A stretch of DNA of 63,044 bases, filler included, from Octopus bimaculoides (Eukaryota), in the NCBI RefSeq assembly GCF_001194135.2. It is 6 parts of 6 records of this genome, joined end to end, with 100 filler letters (N's around TTAATTAATTAA, not from the genome) between each part and the next. Parts side by side here need not be neighbours in the genome. Positions count along the whole stretch, not along the records: positions 58,995 to 63,044 come from NC_068995.1; 5 more parts are not named here. One strand, 5' to 3'. How positions within the stretch are numbered: position 1 is the stretch's first letter; the number at the start of each line of letters is the position of its first letter. The notes under the pieces were generated by a model. That model did no database searches, had not been told where the DNA came from, and saw only the letters and a list, made by a program, of their open reading frames with translations. This document shows positions 59,640 to 63,044 of this stretch, piece after piece. The position numbers and the translations under genes are program-made.

Positions 59640-60790
59640 GTGCTTATGCATATTGTGCATGTATTTTGGTATACACATTATTATTGGGGAAAAAATACAT
59701 TTACTTTATTTCATAGTTTGTATTCAAAAAATAAAAAAGGAAAAATGAAAACAAAATTATTTTCAGTATTGATTTTATATTATGGAAGTTAACACACATA
59801 CTCTCTCTCTCTCTCTCTCTCCCTTCCCTCCCTCTCTCACGTGCACACACAATATTGATGGTTGTTCAGAAAAAAAAATATGATCTTTCGCTTTAAGAAC
59901 ATACAACTTCAGGATTGGAAAGCAAATCAAAAATGAAACTAGAAATACACACAAATAAACTTTTATCTCCTGAGTGAAACAAATAAGTAAACGCTTGAAT
60001 GTCGGATATTAAACATCGTTATTATAGATTACTGTTTTCCTTTTCTCAACAGCATGATGTAGTGAGGTAATTCATCAAGGTAGCATTATGGAAAATAAGT
60101 TATTTGTTATAAAATACATGTTAAAATAATTGCAAACTGGAATTCATTTCAAATTTCTCTTTTGTAAACATTCAAGTAATATTTTTGTTTACCTTTCAAA
60201 ATGAGTTGTCAATTTGCAAATTACTTTTACATGTATGTATGTGTGTGTGTGTGTGTGTATGTGTGTGTGTACAAAGAAAGAGAGAGAGAGAGAGAGGTGG
60301 GAAAAGGGAATTCTAGTTTGGTGCTCCACTACCTATTTTGATTGTTATAACTTTCTGAAAACTACACCCATTTTTCTGAAATTTTGTAGAGATAGTTTTT
60401 CAATGAAGTAGATTGCCATCATGCTGATAAAATTTAGAAAAATAATAATATACATTTATTACAAATACACAAAAAATAAAATTTGTTCATTTAATTTCAT
60501 TTTAAAGTAAAAAAATATTTTTCTTTTGAAGATTATTATTTATTTCCTCAGTTTGCACAAGTACCAAGAAATTTGATAAAAGTTAGATTACATTTACTGT
60601 ACATATGCCATATGTTCTGATATTAACCAAGGTAGATAATATCAGAACATTTAAATTTGTCTAACATACAATAAATCAGTGTTCTGCAACCTTTTTTCAC
60701 TTGTACACTTACATTCTTTTCAAAATTTGGCAACACACCTGAACTAAAAATATAACTAAAAGTATAAGGTAAAAGTTATATTCAGGTTAC

Positions 60791-61200
60791 ACTGGCATTA
60801 GGAAGGGTATCCTGGCGTTAGGAAGGGCATCCTGGCGTTAGGAAGGGCATCCTGGTGTTAGGAAGGGCATCCTGGCGTTAGGAAGGGCATCCTGGCATTA
60901 GGAAGGGCATCCTGGCATTAGGAAGGGCATCCTGGCGTTAGGAAGGGCATCCTGGCGTTAGGAAGGGCATCCTGGCGTTAGGAAGGGCATCCTGGCGTTA
61001 GGAAGGGCACCCTGGCATTAGGAAGGGCATCCTGGCGTTAGGAAGGGCACCCTGGCATTAGGAAGGGCATCCAGCTGTAGAAACTCTGCCAAATCAGACT
61101 GGAGCCTGGTGCTGCTATCTGGTTTGCCAGTCCTCAATCAAATCGTCCAACCCATGCTAGCATGGAAAGCGGACGTTAAGCGATGATGATGATGGTGATG
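60791..61200 (+). mobile_element. SINE type C 3' part whose internal 20-mer has expanded to a 14-unit minisatellite
   Basis: 14 units of CCTGGCGTTAGGAAGGGCAT (60791-61070) run directly into CCAGCTGTAGAAAC and the normal type C tail with (GAT)n. Confidence 0.92.
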
Positions 61201-61953
61201 ACTGTGGCACACCTAGCATCATCCCATAGCACACCAGTGTGCTGTGGCATACCAGTTGCAGAGCACTGCAATAGACGACACTCTAGTCTACTAATATAAG
61301 TGGCAATGCATCCTCTCCCACACTCTGCTTGCCCATCTCTTTGATGATAGGTGCATCAAAGGCCACTTAACTGCTGTGACACTTCCAGCATGTCTTTATA
61401 TTTTGTCAAAATAATTACGGGTCATTTAGTTAGCAGAACATTGAGTGAAAATATATGCAAGGTTTAACTGTTCATGGAATTGCATACAGTATATATATCA
61501 TCATCATCACATTCATCGTTTAACGTCCATCTTCCATGCATGCATGGGTAGGATGGTTAACAGGAGCTGGCCAGGTAGAAAAACTACCCTAGGCTACTGT
61601 GTCTGTTTTGGCAGAGATTTTATAGCTGGATGCCCTTCCTAACACCAACCACTCCACAGAGTGGACTCTGTACTTTTTATGTGGCACTAGCACAGGTAAG
61701 GTTAGTTTTGACATGATTTTACAGTTGGATGCCCTTCCAAATGCCAACTATGTTTCAGTGTGGACTGGATGCTTTTAACATGGCACCAGCACTGTAACAG
61801 GGTAACCAAGTAACTCACAAGACAAGGAATTATGAGAGGGGTAGGACATTTGAGGAGGGGAATTTGTGTCGGAGGATGAAAGGTTAAAGTGTGACAAAGA
61901 GAGAGAAGCAGGTCAGTGGATCATATAACTGATAAAGAAGCACACTATAAAGT

Positions 61954-62244
61954 ATACTCTTTTACTTGTTTCAGTCATTTGACTGTGGCCATGCTGGAGC
62001 ACCGCCTTTAGTCGAGCTAATCGACCCCAGGACTTATTCTTTGTAAGCCTAGTACTTATTCTATCGGTCTCTTTTGCCGAACTGCTAAGTTACGGGGACG
62101 TAAACACACCAGCATTGGTTGTCAAGCGATGTTGGGGGACAAACACAGACACACATACATATATATACATATACATATATACAACAGGCTTCTTTTCAGT
62201 TTCTGTCTACCAAATCCACTCACAAGGCTTTGGTCGGCCTAGAA
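61954..62244 (-). mobile_element. SINE type A, head-truncated
   Basis: Tail and body match type A in reverse; head interrupted next to a type B copy. Confidence 0.88.
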
Positions 62245-62597
62245 GGGTTTTAGTTAAACAAATCAACTCTGTTAGCACACTGGGTGAAATTCTTAGTGGC
62301 ATTTTGCCCATCTTTACATTCTGAGTTCAAATTCTACCAAGGTCAACTTTGCCTTTCATCCTTTCGGGGATGATAAATTAAGTACCAGTGAAAAACTGGG
62401 GTCGATGTAATCAACTAGTCTCTTCCCCTAAAATTGCAGGCCTTATGCCCTTAGTGGGAAGGATAATGTTGGTGTCTTGCCAAACTGCTGAGTTATGGGG
62501 ATGTAAACAAACTAACACCAGTTGTCAAGCAGTGGGTAGATGGATGGTAAGAGACAAAGACACAGACATACACAAGCATATGTGTGTGTATATGAAA

Positions 62598-62659
<62 letters not shown>

Positions 62660-63003
62660 CAGGGACGTGCTGCCAACGTAGGCAAGGTAGGCAGTGCCTA
62701 CCTTGAACAAAATAGATTGATGGCAACATTTTCCTCTCATGGCAAAATATGCACCTAATTCAATAAAATTATGAAGGTTCATCTGATTACTATGTATAAA
62801 ATACATAGTAATCAGATTAGGTAGGCACAATTCCACCCCTGCTTCTCAATCTCAGTATCTAAGCTACGCATAGTACTGCTGTAGTGCACATGCGACGTAC
62901 ATTTCTACAACACCACTTTCTTTATGTGCTGTAAAGGCAAAAATAGATCTGCCTTCGGGGTCACCAACTGCCTACCCTGAGTAATTACTGACAGTATGTG
63001 CCT

Positions 63004-63041
<38 letters not shown>

Positions 63042-63044
63042 TAT

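Noticed and set aside
62660-63000. CAGGGACGTGCTGCC start resembling a hAT-like terminus
   Set aside because: No matching second terminus, TSD or transposase seen within the window.

Overview
This is eukaryotic, AT-rich, microsatellite-saturated draft-assembly DNA with many N gaps. The SINE families and simple-repeat density are typical of an octopus genome; this is inferred from memory, not from a database search. Almost all ORFs in the supplied track are artefacts of microsatellites or N runs. The only host coding sequence I can support is two small minus-strand cadherin exons absent from the track (14381-14470 and 3132-3218). They splice in phase 0 across an ~11 kb intron to give the EC1/EC2 junction of a CDH23/CDHR1-type cadherin, so much or all of the window is probably intronic to it. 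The rest is decayed mobile DNA: a Penelope-like element, five R4/Dong-type fragments all abutting (TAA)n, two mariner remnants, a Helitron helicase fragment, RTE- and CR1-like fragments, and ~30 copies of three modular tRNA-derived SINE types. The best leads are (i) a duplicated pair of putative alternative terminal exons with conserved stop and ATTAAA inside the cadherin intron, (ii) a near-canonical minimal hammerhead ribozyme at 52708-52747, and (iii) SINE tails apparently serving as (TAA)n landing pads for R4/Dong elements. Repeat boundaries are approximate (about +/-20 nt); exon and ribozyme coordinates were counted by hand. Upstream cadherin exons were not found and may lie in gaps or outside the window.
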